Positions 22,917 to 35,132 are shown, numbered from the stretch's first letter. The stretch: 54,065 nucleotides of DNA from Rhodospirillales bacterium (GCA_038143065.1 JAYQLI010000030.1:1-54065), one strand, 5' to 3'. The notes: generated by a model not told the origin, from the sequence alone. Program-made: numbers and translations.

Positions 22917-25378
22917 TGGCGAAGGGCAGAACAAGCACCACGATACGCGTCGATTATGGGTCAGCCCCACATGCTGGCGTACATTAACAGCGACGAAGAA
23001 AAACTGCTGCGTTCCCGTGGCGGTATGGGCATTGCTGGCCCTGCAGGAATTAAAGCGTATCCACCTGACAGCGCCATTGAAGCTGATTACGAAGCTATTA
23101 GCGGTGGATCAATAATGATGACACCGGATCAGACGATGATGGCCTGGGGCGGCGGCTGGTCTAACAGAGGTGGGATCCAGTTGAAGAAAAGAGATAAATA
23201 AGATGACGGCTGGGGAGGTGGCTGGTCTAATAGTGGCGGTTCAACGACAGGTTCCAGTGCCACCTGACAAAATAACGACTCTGGCTCTTCCAATGGCAGC
23301 AACTCCAAATCATCAAATGATTTCATAGATGCCAATAATGACGGGATCGATGATCGAGCCAGCTTTGGCAACGAACAGCCGTTTATTGATCCGTATGAGT
23401 ACAACGAACTCATCATGGAAAAGACGCCTGATGGGAAATGGAAGTATTCTGACACTGCTGCGTTTGATCTATCAACCATCGATCCGACAGAGGCCAGCGA
23501 GGAAGATTATCGCAGGTACGAAGAACTTGAAAACCAGTTTTACGTTGTAAATCCAACAAGCAACATTAACGACATCCAATACAATCAGCAAAAGAAAGTT
23601 GCTAAAATTTAGGCTTTTTTGCTGGTCCGATTGGATTTAGGTTTTAGGGCAATCACTGAATTACAACGGAAGGGCATTTTGCCTGGGCCATGGCTGGTGT
23701 GGAGTTCTACCACGTGATGACATACCTGATGTGACAGGTTCTGGAGGGAGGAAGCGCATTTAATGCAATTCTCAACGACGACACCCTAACTGATCAGAAG
23801 AACAGAAGGAAGCGGTTGAAGATTTTGACAGAAGGAGCGATTGCCGCTGGTGCAGATAGATTAGCCGCACAAATCAAAATTCTACGAGATGGTGCTTACG
23901 GCGCCAGTGAAGATCAGATCGCCTGAAGATGTTTAGACGATCCCACAATTATCACTGGAACCAATACGTTAGAGGACAAACTTCCCACGCTTGATGAATT
24001 CGCAGAAGGGACAAATATTGATTCAGAAGATTTTAAACAGCCTGAAGACGAAGCAGGTGCAGATGTTGAAACGATTGCTGATGATGACATCACAACGGCT
24101 AGCACAGTCGAAGAAGGTTCAGTTTCTGATTATAACGCTGAAACTGTCAGCGATGACTTGGACAGCGACTTCTGGCACGGCCAACGCATTGAAGGCAGTG
24201 TCAGTGATGAAGGCGCAAGTTGATGCAGAACAAATTGACGTTGAGGCTACTGAAAAAGGCTTAAACGCCGTAGGCAAAGCGCTTAATGACTTTGCTAAAG
24301 TCGATATTTCCCGTGTGATCGACACGTCGACCGTCCAGGGCAAGTTGCTGGCTGATAGTTTGGGTGAGGGTGGTTATGTCGATAGTAAGGCCACCATCAC
24401 TTGGCCAGATGTCGATAATCTCTGAAGAGTTCAAGGACAGCAATGGAAATCCGAAAATACCAGCATGGGCGCAGAGTCTGTTGCTCGTAACGTCTCGAAA
24501 ACTGTAGCCTTCAAAGGTATGACAGGATCAGCTGCAACTGCTGCTGTGACCAATGCGATTATGGAAGCATCGCTGGGAGTTGCAGAGAAAGAAGCAACAT
24601 TTTTTCAGACACTTACAACGGAAAATTTAAGTAACCGACAGCAAGCCAATAATCAACAAAGCGACTGTTCTATCGAATTTCGAAATTGAAAACCTCGATG
24701 CACGAATGACTGCAGCGGTTAATAATGCTCAAGCGTTTTTAAAAATGGATTTGGCAAACCTCGATAACCGCCAACAGGCTGGAAATTGTGAATACGCAAT
24801 TACGTGTTGATGCACTGTTAGAAGATGCAAAGTCAGAGAACGCTGCCCGTCTATTCAGTGCGGAAGCTGAAAATGATTTTACCAAATTCTACGATGAATT
24901 GAACACCCAGATCGAAATGCACACGGCGGAGCAGAAGAATGCCATGGAACGTTTCAACACAGGTGAGATCAACGACAACGCTGAATACAACGCCACGCTC
25001 GAACAGCGCCGGACTGAGTTCTACAAGGAAATGGCGTACAACATTGAATTGGCGAACGCCCGTTGGCGGCAGGAAGTTACGCTTAAAGAAGCTGAAATGA
25101 AGTTCGATGCGGCACGTATCGACTTGGAAAATCTAATCAGCATCAAGAAAGAGGCGCTTACCCAGCTTTGGGAACGAGAGGACGCCTTACTGGATTACAC
25201 GTGGAAGTCGGCTGGAGAGCGAACTGAACCGTGCAGTCGAACGCTACAAAGCCGATCGCAATTACGACGTGAACATGGCCAAGGTTAATATGGAGAAAAA
25301 GATGCCGCCACAGGTGCCGCTTGGTATGAAGGTCTCAAATGGGTCTACGACATCGGCGATGGCTTAGATTGGTGGTGA
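22917..25378 (+). CDS. Large internal virion protein (frameshifted)
   Basis: GQPHMLAYINSDEEKLLRSRGG start; acidic middle; C-terminal helical region (ENLSNRQQA, ENAARLFSAE, WEREDALLDYTWKS). Confidence 0.65.
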
Positions 25379-25382
25379 TCAA

Positions 25383-26081
25383 ATGAAACTAAGAACAGCA
25401 ATCGAAAAGTCGATCCGTGAATTTTACAACGGAAAACTGCCCGATGAGGCAATCAAAACCTCTGATGATGAATACATCTATACGCTGGAATTTTTGGAAA
25501 ACATTTTCAAAGAGAAAAGGACGAGAAGATGTGAATGAAAGAGGAGGACGAAGATGAAGTTTGATGGTCCTATTCCAGGCGAGAATTACACGTCTGATCC
25601 TGCAAAATTACCCGTGGCACCGACCCCTGACGAAACCGATTTTGTCACGATTGTCGATAAACGATCAAGAAAATGGCTACGAAAGAGCGTACAGGCTTGA
25701 TTTTGTCGGCTCTGGAAAGCGGTGAAACAATCTAGATTTTGTAACCGGTACAGCCCGTGTCTCGGTAGGTAACGGTCGGTTGCCAATTGATATGGCAATC
25801 TTAGCGGCAGGTCCTATTGCCCGTTACATCGAAAGCCTAGCAGAAGCTGCTGACATTGAATTTGAACGTGGTTGGGAACAAGACCCGCCAATGATCACAG
25901 CGGCGAAGTTTGCGGGCCTATGGTGGCACTGTGGAAGAAGTCGAAGAGCGGGACGAAGCAATGTCCACCGACAACGATGAGTTCGAAGGTGAGGGTTTAT
26001 GTCGATCGGCGATGCCACGGCGTCTGAGGAAGAACAGGCACAAATGCTGGCTACATGGGCGATGAGGAGATCGAAGAATGA
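25383..26081 (+). CDS. Two small hypothetical virion-module proteins (~25383-25560 and ~25554-26081)
   Basis: MKLRTAIEKSIREFYNGKLP and MKFDGPIPGENYTSDP...PIDMAILAAGPIARYIESLA. Confidence 0.5.
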
Positions 26082-28313
26082 GTATGAAATTCGCAGGTTT
26101 CATGGCCGCTCGGAAAGAAGATCGGTTACGCCAAGAAAAAATTGATCTTGAAAATCAACGCACACAAGACGAACGAGACTGGCAGTTAAAGCTGCGTGAT
26201 CTCACCAAGTATGACGAGCAACGCAAGAAAGACGATGAACTGGCCAAGAACGTGGACTGGTTTATGACGTCCTACAAAATCGAAAGCAAATTTCGTCCAT
26301 CCATTGCAAAATACATCGAGAACGTTGGCTTGAACGGTACTATCGATTTGTACAACAATGACAGGTTGACCTTTGGGGGCAACCTATCGATACATCCAGA
26401 TACACGACTGAGTTTGATCGACTGACAACCCAATACAATTTGCCGGAAGGGTATTTGATAACGACGGGTATGCTTGAAAGCAGACTTGATCCTATGGCTA
26501 AAAATAAGAACAGCACAGCCGAGGGTTTGTTTCAGTTCACGGATAAGACGGCAAACGAGTATGGCGTTGATAAGTACGATTGGAAGTCTTCAGTGGAAGG
26601 TGCGGCACGTCTTGCACAGGACAATTACAACAACTTGCGCAGATGTTGGGTCGGGAGCCTACAGCGGCAGAATTGTATTTAGCCCATCAACAGGGCGCTA
26701 CAGGGGCTGCAAATATTATTTTAAACCCAACGAAACTGGCGAAAGAAATCGTTGGTGCTGATGCCGTGCGTTTAAATGGCGGGAACTGGTTAGACATGAC
26801 AGCCCAAGAGTTTGGACAAATTTGGGTTGATAAGTATCAGGCGGAAGAAACCAGCGGACTTGCTGGGCTTACCTCACAGGGATCGAGCGTAACAATCAAT
26901 AAGGGGATGGGCGCACATTCCGTGATTATGCGGAAAAGGCGACAAGCTATGGCACAACCTTGAATCAGATTGCTCTGGCGAAGGCAGAAGGTGCCGACGA
27001 TACTGTGGTCAAGGAATTAGAAAGTCTGCTTGAGGATCATAAACGGCAAAAGATCGAACAGGCCAACCTAGAAGCAGGGATAACTCCTGCTGGTACAATG
27101 GAAGCCATTGTCACCGATGAGAATGGTGAGCGAACAGTTCAGCTTGTAACTTTTGAAAATGACGGCAAGGCATTCATCGATGGTAAAGAAGTAAACGCCA
27201 AGAAAATGCCGGAGAACATGATGGAAATGTTCTTCAAAGTTCCAGCACAAACCCAGAAAACAGCCAAAGATTACGTCGATGGATCAGTTGCACTTGCAGA
27301 AGGTCTGATCAACGCACAAAACCTTATGGATATTGCTGAACGTAATCCTGGCGTTGTCGGGTTTGAGGGCGACATATCCCAAGCAGTCGTAGGATTTGTT
27401 CGTGGTGGTTCTGCATTCGTGAAGGTTGGTAATGACTTGTTTGATACCAAAGAAGACCCAGAGAATGCATTGTAACCCTAGAAGAATACGAAGCAGAGTT
27501 GCGTAAGCAGGGGCATGTTGAGCGGTGATAAATCCCTCGCAGACATGACAACCTCAGAAATGGTGGAGTCGCTGGTATCCAACACCACGATTGAACTTGC
27601 TCGTGACACAACCTTGTTTGAGGCGCAAATGGTAGCCTTGGCGTTCCGTGTTGGCCGTTTAGAAGGTCAGTCCGGTAATGCGATGAGCAACAAAGACTTT
27701 GAGCGCATCCAAGAGATGGTGGGCAATTCCAACGGTGATCCAGAAGCATTCCGACAGCAGCTTCACGAATTTATGCGCCAAAAAATCAAATCCAATGATA
27801 TGCGAGTTGCTGGTTTCAACACATCAGCCAGCGGCTACGGCCAATTTGAAAAGGTTTATGGGATACTTCATATGAAAAACCCAAAAACGATTGCAGACTT
27901 GGCCACGGAACAAGAAGATGGCGAGTTGCTACAAGCAATTGACTTCTTCCGTAGCCCATATGCATCGGTTCGGAACCCCCAAAGGCACCCGAAGCAGAGG
28001 GACTGACAGACGATGATATGGGTCTTCCAGAAGGCCCAGTGACTGAATCTGAAACTGTTGAAGTGGTGGAAGAGCCAGAAGCAGCTACTGGTATTCCAAG
28101 AACCCAGTGAAAGATAAGGCTCGAATGGGCCAATAACGTATCGATTCAATTATTATTGGGATCATCATTGAAAACTTGCAGAACATCGCTGAGTTGGAAA
28201 AAACGATCCAGAGTTATCAAGACTTCCTCGACGACGTGGCCAGAACAATCTCTGAAAACCACGGGATAGAAATAACAGGTGCGGATTTGGCGAAAATGAT
28301 GGAGGGCAAGTAA
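26078..28313 (+). CDS. Internal virion protein with lytic transglycosylase (SLT-like) domain
   Basis: LESRLDPMAKNKNSTAEGLFQFTDKTANEYG and ELYLAHQQG (26440-26720) are SLT motifs. Confidence 0.75.
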
Positions 28314-31300
28314 TGGCAGATTTTGATTATGAAGAATATGGCTTAACGCCGCTTGAACGACCTTCTGATGTGAAGGCAACGTCAACAGGTGATGACTATT
28401 ATGACAACCTAACTGAAGGGCAGCGTCAAGAAATTCGACAAGATGCCAGAAGACTTGCAAGATTTGTATCGTCGTAATCCGTGCAATGACGATTGGAGAG
28501 CGACAACCTTGAAGCAACCGACCCCAATTACGAGATTATTGGTGGGCGTCGATCTTATGAGGTTACAGATCAGGTAAAAGACGTCGCACAGGCAGATGAT
28601 GCTACTTATCAGGCCATCTATCCTGATGCCAAAACGGTATCTACAGCACGGCGGTAAAAGCCAAGGCAGCTGACTTTTGCGAAGTTGGTGTTTCCAAACA
28701 TGCCTGAGACTGAGGCGCAGCAAGAAAACGAAGCAAACGAAAGAACGTAAGGACTTTTGGAGAAACATCAGAAGTCTACAATGACATCGGTGTGGAGGTT
28801 GATGGAGAGCGGGTATTAGAGCGTTGGACAAGTTGATGAAAACAATCAGTTGGTCATCGAAGACCGCACCCTTATTCCATCCCCAGATAGCACCTATTGG
28901 GGCCGTGTGCTTTCCAATACTCGTCGTCAAATTCAAGGCCAGTTTGGTAGTTTCTAACTGAAGGCGCAATCACAGCTGAAAGCGAGTTTGAAAAAGAATT
29001 CCAACGTTTGAGCAATCACCAGGCGAAGACTTTGTCACAGACCTGTTTGTCTTTGGCCTTCCAGCGACAGCAGTTTTAAAAGGGACAAAGGCTGTTCGTG
29101 GGGCAGCTGCATCAAGATTGTTGCCACAATCGATTGTGAACATGGAGCGGTTGGGTAGAGCCACCGCCTACCTCACAAATACGGCAGGTGTAGCCTTCTC
29201 TGACGCTGTGATGACAACGGCAGATGACCAGACCCTTTTTGATCCGCAGCACGTGGCAAATATCTCGGACTGGATGAAACAGCCGCTAAAGACTTCCAAG
29301 TTGCGTTGAAAGTTTTGCCTTCGCAGGTGCGTTTGATGGTGTTGCCGCACTGGTAACCCCAGTTGGGAGGTTCACAGGGCGCCGTTTTAGAAGGTGTTCG
29401 TGCATTTGCTGACACTGACTTCGTTAAAAACAAAGCCCAGCGTGGTGCCGTGTTAGGCATCATCAATATGCTCGATCCAGAGATCGTTAATGCCAAGCCT
29501 TGGCAGAAGAAGCGAAAGCTGGCGGCAATGGCTGACATGATGTCCGAAAATGCGATCTTAAAAATTACAGCAGGGGATGTCACAGGGGTAATCCCAGCGG
29601 ACACAGCCACTGCCGTGTTGAATGGTGCAAAGAAATACATCGCAAATACCCGCCTTGATATGCGGGGTAAAATGTCCGTTGATGAATACGTCCGATACGT
29701 TGATCAAGAAGCCGGAATAATGGCACTGACCATGCTGGAGATCGCTCGTACACGGGCGGCAAGGCCAGAAATGATACAGGCACAAGGTAACACCATGAGG
29801 GCCTACGAAAACTTCTTAGATGAGGTTTCAGTAAGCAAATTACCTGAAGGCCAATCAGTAAATGATGCGCTAACCACAGCAGTCGAAGATTTGGTTAATC
29901 TACGGAATATCAACATTGACGATGCAGGGTCTGATGTACTTGTGGCTCAAGCGGGTAGGGATCAGATTGAGGGACCGTCTCGCCAATGCAGTAAACGAGG
30001 TTCCTGAATTAGCGGCACTGGTCAACAACACTGATGCCATCTTCAATCAGCAAGCAATCGTATTACGATGCCATTACCAAATCGATGGTTGGCACGGTGA
30101 AGGCAAATCGCTCTTAAAAAGAATACAAGGCAGCATGGAAGGGCGTTCAAGATGCCTATGCTGACGTTCCTAACGTCCCAATCGATCTGCAGCTGTTCAG
30201 TGATAAACTTGATGAGGCACTAACTGCTTCTGGTCCTTTGGATCAAAGCACTGGGGTCGTCCGTCAGGTCTTGGGTGATATTGAGAAAATCTTTAAAACC
30301 GAAAAGGTCGGCGTCGAAGAAATTGCTGATCCACTATCTGATCCAAGAGTTTCTGCCGATACACGGACATCATGCAAACGAAGGAACAAATCTTTTGCTG
30401 GTTTAAGCGAAGTTGGTTTCCAAGATTTGCTGAAATTCAAAAAGGAATTGGAACGCCGGATCGGAAACATGCCCCTACGGTCAGGCACGGATCGATCTTG
30501 AACAATTCTCCCGCCACATCACGGATGCAAATGAAGGACAGTTGGCATTTGTTGCAAGCAGCGGAAACACAGAGGCTGCAGCAGCAGCCCAGAATGCAAT
30601 TGATACCTACATCACCGCCAAGAATACGGGAAAACTCAGCACCATTGCAGCAATTTTCGAAGCTGGCCAGGGAGACGACAGGTGGGAGTGATCCTCGTGG
30701 AATGCCCAACCTGCAGAAGTATGCCACAAATGACATGCCAGGACAGATTTTGGCAGACAAGAGTGGGGGCATTTCTGGACAACTACATCACGGCATTGGG
30801 GCGATTGGGAAAAACGATCCAGCACTTGGACCTTTGCGTGAATTGGCGGAAGCTAACGCTCAGTTTGAACTAGTTGCAGCCTTACGCAGTGGCGACACGG
30901 GCAGGGTGCAGAAGATCAACAAGTGTGATCAATGATAATCTAAATGAATTGAATGCGCTGGGATCAAAGCTACCAGACGACTTCGCTAAAATGCGTGACG
31001 ATCTTTCAGCTACCGAGGGTGATCTGGCAAGTGGATTGATGGATGCAGAAGCTGAACTGACAGCAGCAAAACGTCGTCTAGAGAAGGCTGAGAACACGAT
31101 CCTTGAAAACTTCGTATCAACGCAACCAGAGTTCAGGGATATGCCCGTAGGTAACGCACAAGAAGCCGTCGTTATGCTAATGACTGATGGTGTGGATGGG
31201 GCAAACAAAATACGTGCGCTAATGCAACGGACAGACGAATTACCCGAGGCCCAACGTGGCAGCTGTGCGTGAGGCCCTAAAGGTTCAGCGGTACGTGGGC

Positions 31301-31947
31301 TTATGACTGAGGTGTTCGGTGCCACACCAATTGCTTCAGGCGATACGGCAGCGTTTAATACCAAGATCGGTCGCTTGAAGAATGTGCTCGAACGAGATGG
31401 CAACGACTTCCTTGGTGGCTTGCGTGAATTGTATGCTGATGACCCAGAGGCGCTACAGGGCATTGAACTTGCTCTGACGGGTCTGATGCGCCAGAACGTT
31501 CCACAGCGGCTCAAAGGTAAGCCAGAGCGGCTCTGACACGGCATCTAACGAGCAACTGATCAAAGAAGTTAACGATAGTGTATCAGCTGGGGTCTTGTTG
31601 ATTTTCGGATATATGACGCCAGGTGGGGCCGCAGCGAGAAACGTCGCCCGTGGACGTATTCGTGACATATCGGAACTATCGCAAACTGTTGGTGACGAAA
31701 CTTTAGCAGTAATCCTGTCGAACCCATCAGGATTTGGTCAGTTGATTAGGATATTTCACAAACTGAATCCCGTGGAATTAGAAGCGCAATCACAAAGAAT
31801 TTTGTGGATACAACAACACACGGTTTAGGTTACCAAATTAGGGTCGAAGAAGCAGGTGAAGAGGGTGGTTCAATCGATGAACAAATGTTAGGAATTATCG
31901 AGCAAGGCCAGGATTTATATAGGGAATATGTTCCACCACGCCCTTAA
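28313..31947 (+). CDS. Very large internal virion protein (frameshifted)
   Basis: Chain of long helical ORFs (29363-30007, 30874-31272, 31303-31536, 31595-31828); last gene of the structural module. Confidence 0.6.
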
Positions 31948-31951
31948 AAGT

Positions 31952-32020
31952 GAAAACCCTCAAACCGAAGTTTGAGGGCCACTTACCTAGCTAGCGATCG
32001 GTGACCAAACCAATCGATGC
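31952..32020 (-). ncRNA. Candidate ~70-nt small antisense RNA
   Basis: Minus strand: promoter-like TTTACA-N17-TAGCAA (32055-32027); 8-bp hairpin with UUGGUC loop (U-G pair only on this strand); single-stranded CUAGCUAGGUAAGUGG; terminator CCCUCAAAC-UUCG-GUUUGAGGG-UUUU. Confidence 0.55.
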
Positions 32021-32568
32021 ACTAATTTGCTAGCAAACGGTATTTGTAATGTAAATAAATTATTTACCATTATTTACTAAAGATTACCATGTTTTACTAA
32101 GTAAGTTTAAAACCTAATACCTTGTTTTTTATAGCCTTTCCTTTTTTAGAGAGGCTTTTTTATTAACGTAAATAATTTTACTAAATTTTATCCCTGTGGT
32201 TATCCCGCCACAAATATTTGATGTATCACCTGTAATACATCAGAAATATGACAACTTTCACGATACAATTACCGTTTTGTCACAGAACTGTTACAAAACT
32301 TATTCAGACTCGATCCATCCACATAGTTTGCAAACGGACGTGCTATCCTTTGGAGTAGCGTAAAAGCGTGAAAAAACTTGCGTATCGCAAGTTGACGGAC
32401 TTTGCACAACACGGCAAACTATTGGCACGGGTGATTCGAGGGGCTGGAGGTCACCTGGTCACTTGGGGAGTGATCGCCGGAGTGCTGCAGTCTGACCAAC
32501 TGCGTGAAGGCACTTCAAAATACAAACCCCGTGGAACCCATTCTTTGGGGCCACTTACCTAGAAGGAC

Positions 32569-32829
32569 GTGCGTATGCATATCCCAAAACAAATGGTGCC
32601 AGCAGAAGTGGCATCACATCGGATGTCGATCGAGCAGATCGAACTCAGAGCCTTGGCACTGGAAGAAGTTCAGTTGATGGATGGTTTTCAGTTCGTGATC
32701 TATTTTTCGGATCACGATTACGAAATCGTCTGCATCGATGATGCAACTGCATTCGAGTACAATCCGATGACCGATATTTTGATCGGTGGTAAAAAAAATT
32801 TAGGGGGCAGCTGTGGTAGTTGCCCCTAA
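32569..32829 (+). CDS. Hypothetical protein (86 aa)
   Basis: Intact ORF with SD AGAAGGA, preceded by a long structured leader. Confidence 0.55.
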   Translation: MRMHIPKQMVPAEVASHRMSIEQIELRALALEEVQLMDGFQFVIYFSDHDYEIVCIDDATAFEYNPMTDILIGGKKNLGGSCGSCP

Positions 32830-33525
32830 TGATTCTCCCCTGATTCGGGGTGAAAATCTTAACTGCTCAAATAAAACATGTTTTATTTAGACAGTTAAAA
32901 CCAGTAATCCATAATAAGCCCGTTACAACACAACATCTTGTTTTCATACCTGTAAAACAAGATGTGGTAGGCAAAGAGAATTGTTTTGTAAAATCGTTAT
33001 TTTTCAATGTTTTGGAACAAATTACGAAACAAATAGGCCAACTATCCAAAAGGATGGTCAACCGAAAATTGTCTGCAATCGATAAATATTGCGGTTTACA
33101 GGGTGAGTCGGCCTACGTTATTATTGTGCCACGACGTGCATCAAGCGTCTGGCCTTTCGCAAGCGCAAAGGGCCACTTACCTAGATAGCGATCTTTATCG
33201 CACATGACCAAAAGGTTGGCGAACCAGATAACCGCCCAGATGGCGATCTTAAAACCGCAAAGAAACCGAAGGGGCATGTAGCCTCTTCCCCAATCGATGA
33301 AAGGATCATTACGATCAATCGTCCTCTGACTACGTTAGAGATGACCCCATATGATTTAGAATTGCTTATGGGGATCTCAAGGAGGCGATCCAAGCCTCCC
33401 AAGGTGAGGAGCTAGTCACAATCAATATCGAGGAGACGGCCTCGAATTTGATTATGAAATCCTGACGACTTACCGAATAAGAAGAAAAGCCTAGCTGTTC
33501 ATTTCAACAGCATCTGGCGGTGTTT

Positions 33526-33550
33526 AAGGCTCACTTCGGTGGGCCTTTTT
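33526..33550 (+). terminator. Rho-independent terminator
   Basis: AAGGCTCAC-TTCG-GTGGGCCTT followed by further T residues. Confidence 0.8.
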
Positions 33551-33574
33551 CATATTTAAGACCAGGATTTGCCA

Positions 33575-33776
33575 CCTTGGTAAAAATACCTTGGTGAAAA
33601 CCTTGGTAAAAAGAGAAATGCTCCAACCTTCTAAACCGTTGATATATATGGAAAATAAGAAGTTGGAGCGGGCGATGAGAACCCGCTTCACATTATAAAA
33701 ATAGCATAAAAACTCATAAAATATGGGGTTTTGCTTGCCTTGGTAAAGAAACCTTGGTAAAAACCTTTGGTAGAAA
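33575..33776. other. attP: attP site: tRNA-Gly 3'-end core (33664-33680), 3+3 CCTTGGT(A/G)AA-type arm repeats and an IHF site
   Basis: Reverse complement of 33664-33680 is TCTCATCGCCCGCTCCA (T-arm, acceptor strand and CCA of a tRNA-Gly). Repeats start at 33575, 33589, 33601, 33738, 33752 and 33764 (variant). TATCAACGGTTTA on the minus strand (33632-33644) fits WATCAANNNNTTR. Directly upstream of an integrase. Confidence 0.82.
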
Positions 33777-33788
33777 TACTGAGGTTCT

Positions 33789-35123
33789 ATGGCACGTAAA
33801 TCAGGAAAATATTTGGTTCAGCATTACAACACCTGGTGTGTTGAGATGACGATCCCTACGGACATCCGTCACCACTTCCCGCATGACGGTGGGAAGGCAA
33901 ATCTGCGTGGTAAGTTCAAACGCAAGTTGGCCAGATCGCTAAACACCAGTGATTTTGCTACGGCTGAAGTTGAAAAGCTGAAATGGATTTATGAGTGGGA
34001 AAAAATTGTTCAGCTTCTACCGCTCTGGCGGTACGGGAAGCATGAACACGGATCAGTTGACTGAGAATTACAAAGAACGTTTGGCTGCACACGATGACAG
34101 CGAGATCGGCAGAGCAGTTGTCAGCGATCAGGCATTACGCCGTGATGGTGATCTTTCCTCAGCGCAACTAGAAGCCCGTCAGACAGCTTGGGCACGATCC
34201 ACGGGCAGCTGTGCTCGGTCCTGGCACATATTGATCAGTTCATTGAAAACTATGGCTACAGCCCAAGCGTTGGATTGATGCAAGGGGTTTCTGAAGAATA
34301 GGTTTGGTAAAAAGTTTGAATACTTCGAATGGATCGAGGTGCATCAATTAAAAGAATACGTGACCGTCAGAATGGATGGGTCAGATGGCGATACACCGTG
34401 GGCACGTAGAAGTGCTCAGAAATACATGTCCTACGCCAAACAGTATTGAACTGGTGCATTGATCGAGGCTTAACTCAATCGCTGAACCTTATTGTTCATG
34501 ATCAGATTTTGCCTCGGTGAACAAAACCAAATCTCACCGCAAAGCTGGTAAAGACGCCAACCTGCCATACACGATTGCTGAATGCTGGAAGCTGTATAAC
34601 GCCGCTGTGGAACGGGAATGGCAGGAACTTGCAGATATGATCATCTTGGGATGTACACCGGATGTAGGATCGGCGAATTGGCCCACATGAAACTTGATGC
34701 AGTTGGTACGGATCGGTTCACAGTCGAAGATTCAAAACCGATAGCGGATTGCGTGATATTCCGATCCACAAAGAAGTTCAGCAGGTGGTTGAACGATTGC
34801 GCCAAACGAGCACTGACGGATACCTGATCAGTGGTTTGTCGGACAACAACCAAATCAAAGATCGGGCAGGGGTATTAGTTCCAAGTACGGGCGCCTTTAA
34901 ATCATCACTTGGGTTTCCAAAGAAAGAGAAAACCTTTCACAGTTTCCGTTCCACGCTGGCAACCCGTTTTCAGAGTTCAGGTGTTGACGAATTATTTGCG
35001 GCACGGATTATCGGCCATGCGGCAGGAAACATGACCTACGGCCTCTATGCGGGGGATATTGATTGGGACAAGGCTGTTGCGGTAATGTCCAAGGTCGATT
35101 ATCAGCGACATCTCCACGGATAA
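33789..35123 (+). CDS. int: Tyrosine integrase with DUF6538-like N-terminus (frameshifted)
   Basis: YLVQHYNTWCVEMTIPTDIR N-terminus; YTGCRIGEL (R), TFHSFRST (HxxR), IIGH (H), MTYGLYA (Y). Confidence 0.88.
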
Positions 35124-35132
35124 GGGACGGGC

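Noticed and set aside
32850-33188. ORFs 32850-33188 (+) and 32867-33061 (-) as proteins
   Set aside because: Odd composition, weak ribosome-binding sites, and the DNA is dominated by inverted repeats.
33664-33681. A tRNA gene
   Set aside because: Only the last 17-18 nt of a tRNA are present, with no anticodon or D arm; interpreted as the att core.
33575-33776. CRISPR-like array from the CCTTGGTAAAA repeats
   Set aside because: Repeats are ~11 bp with 1-3 bp gaps, no spacers and no cas operon; they fit integrase arm sites.
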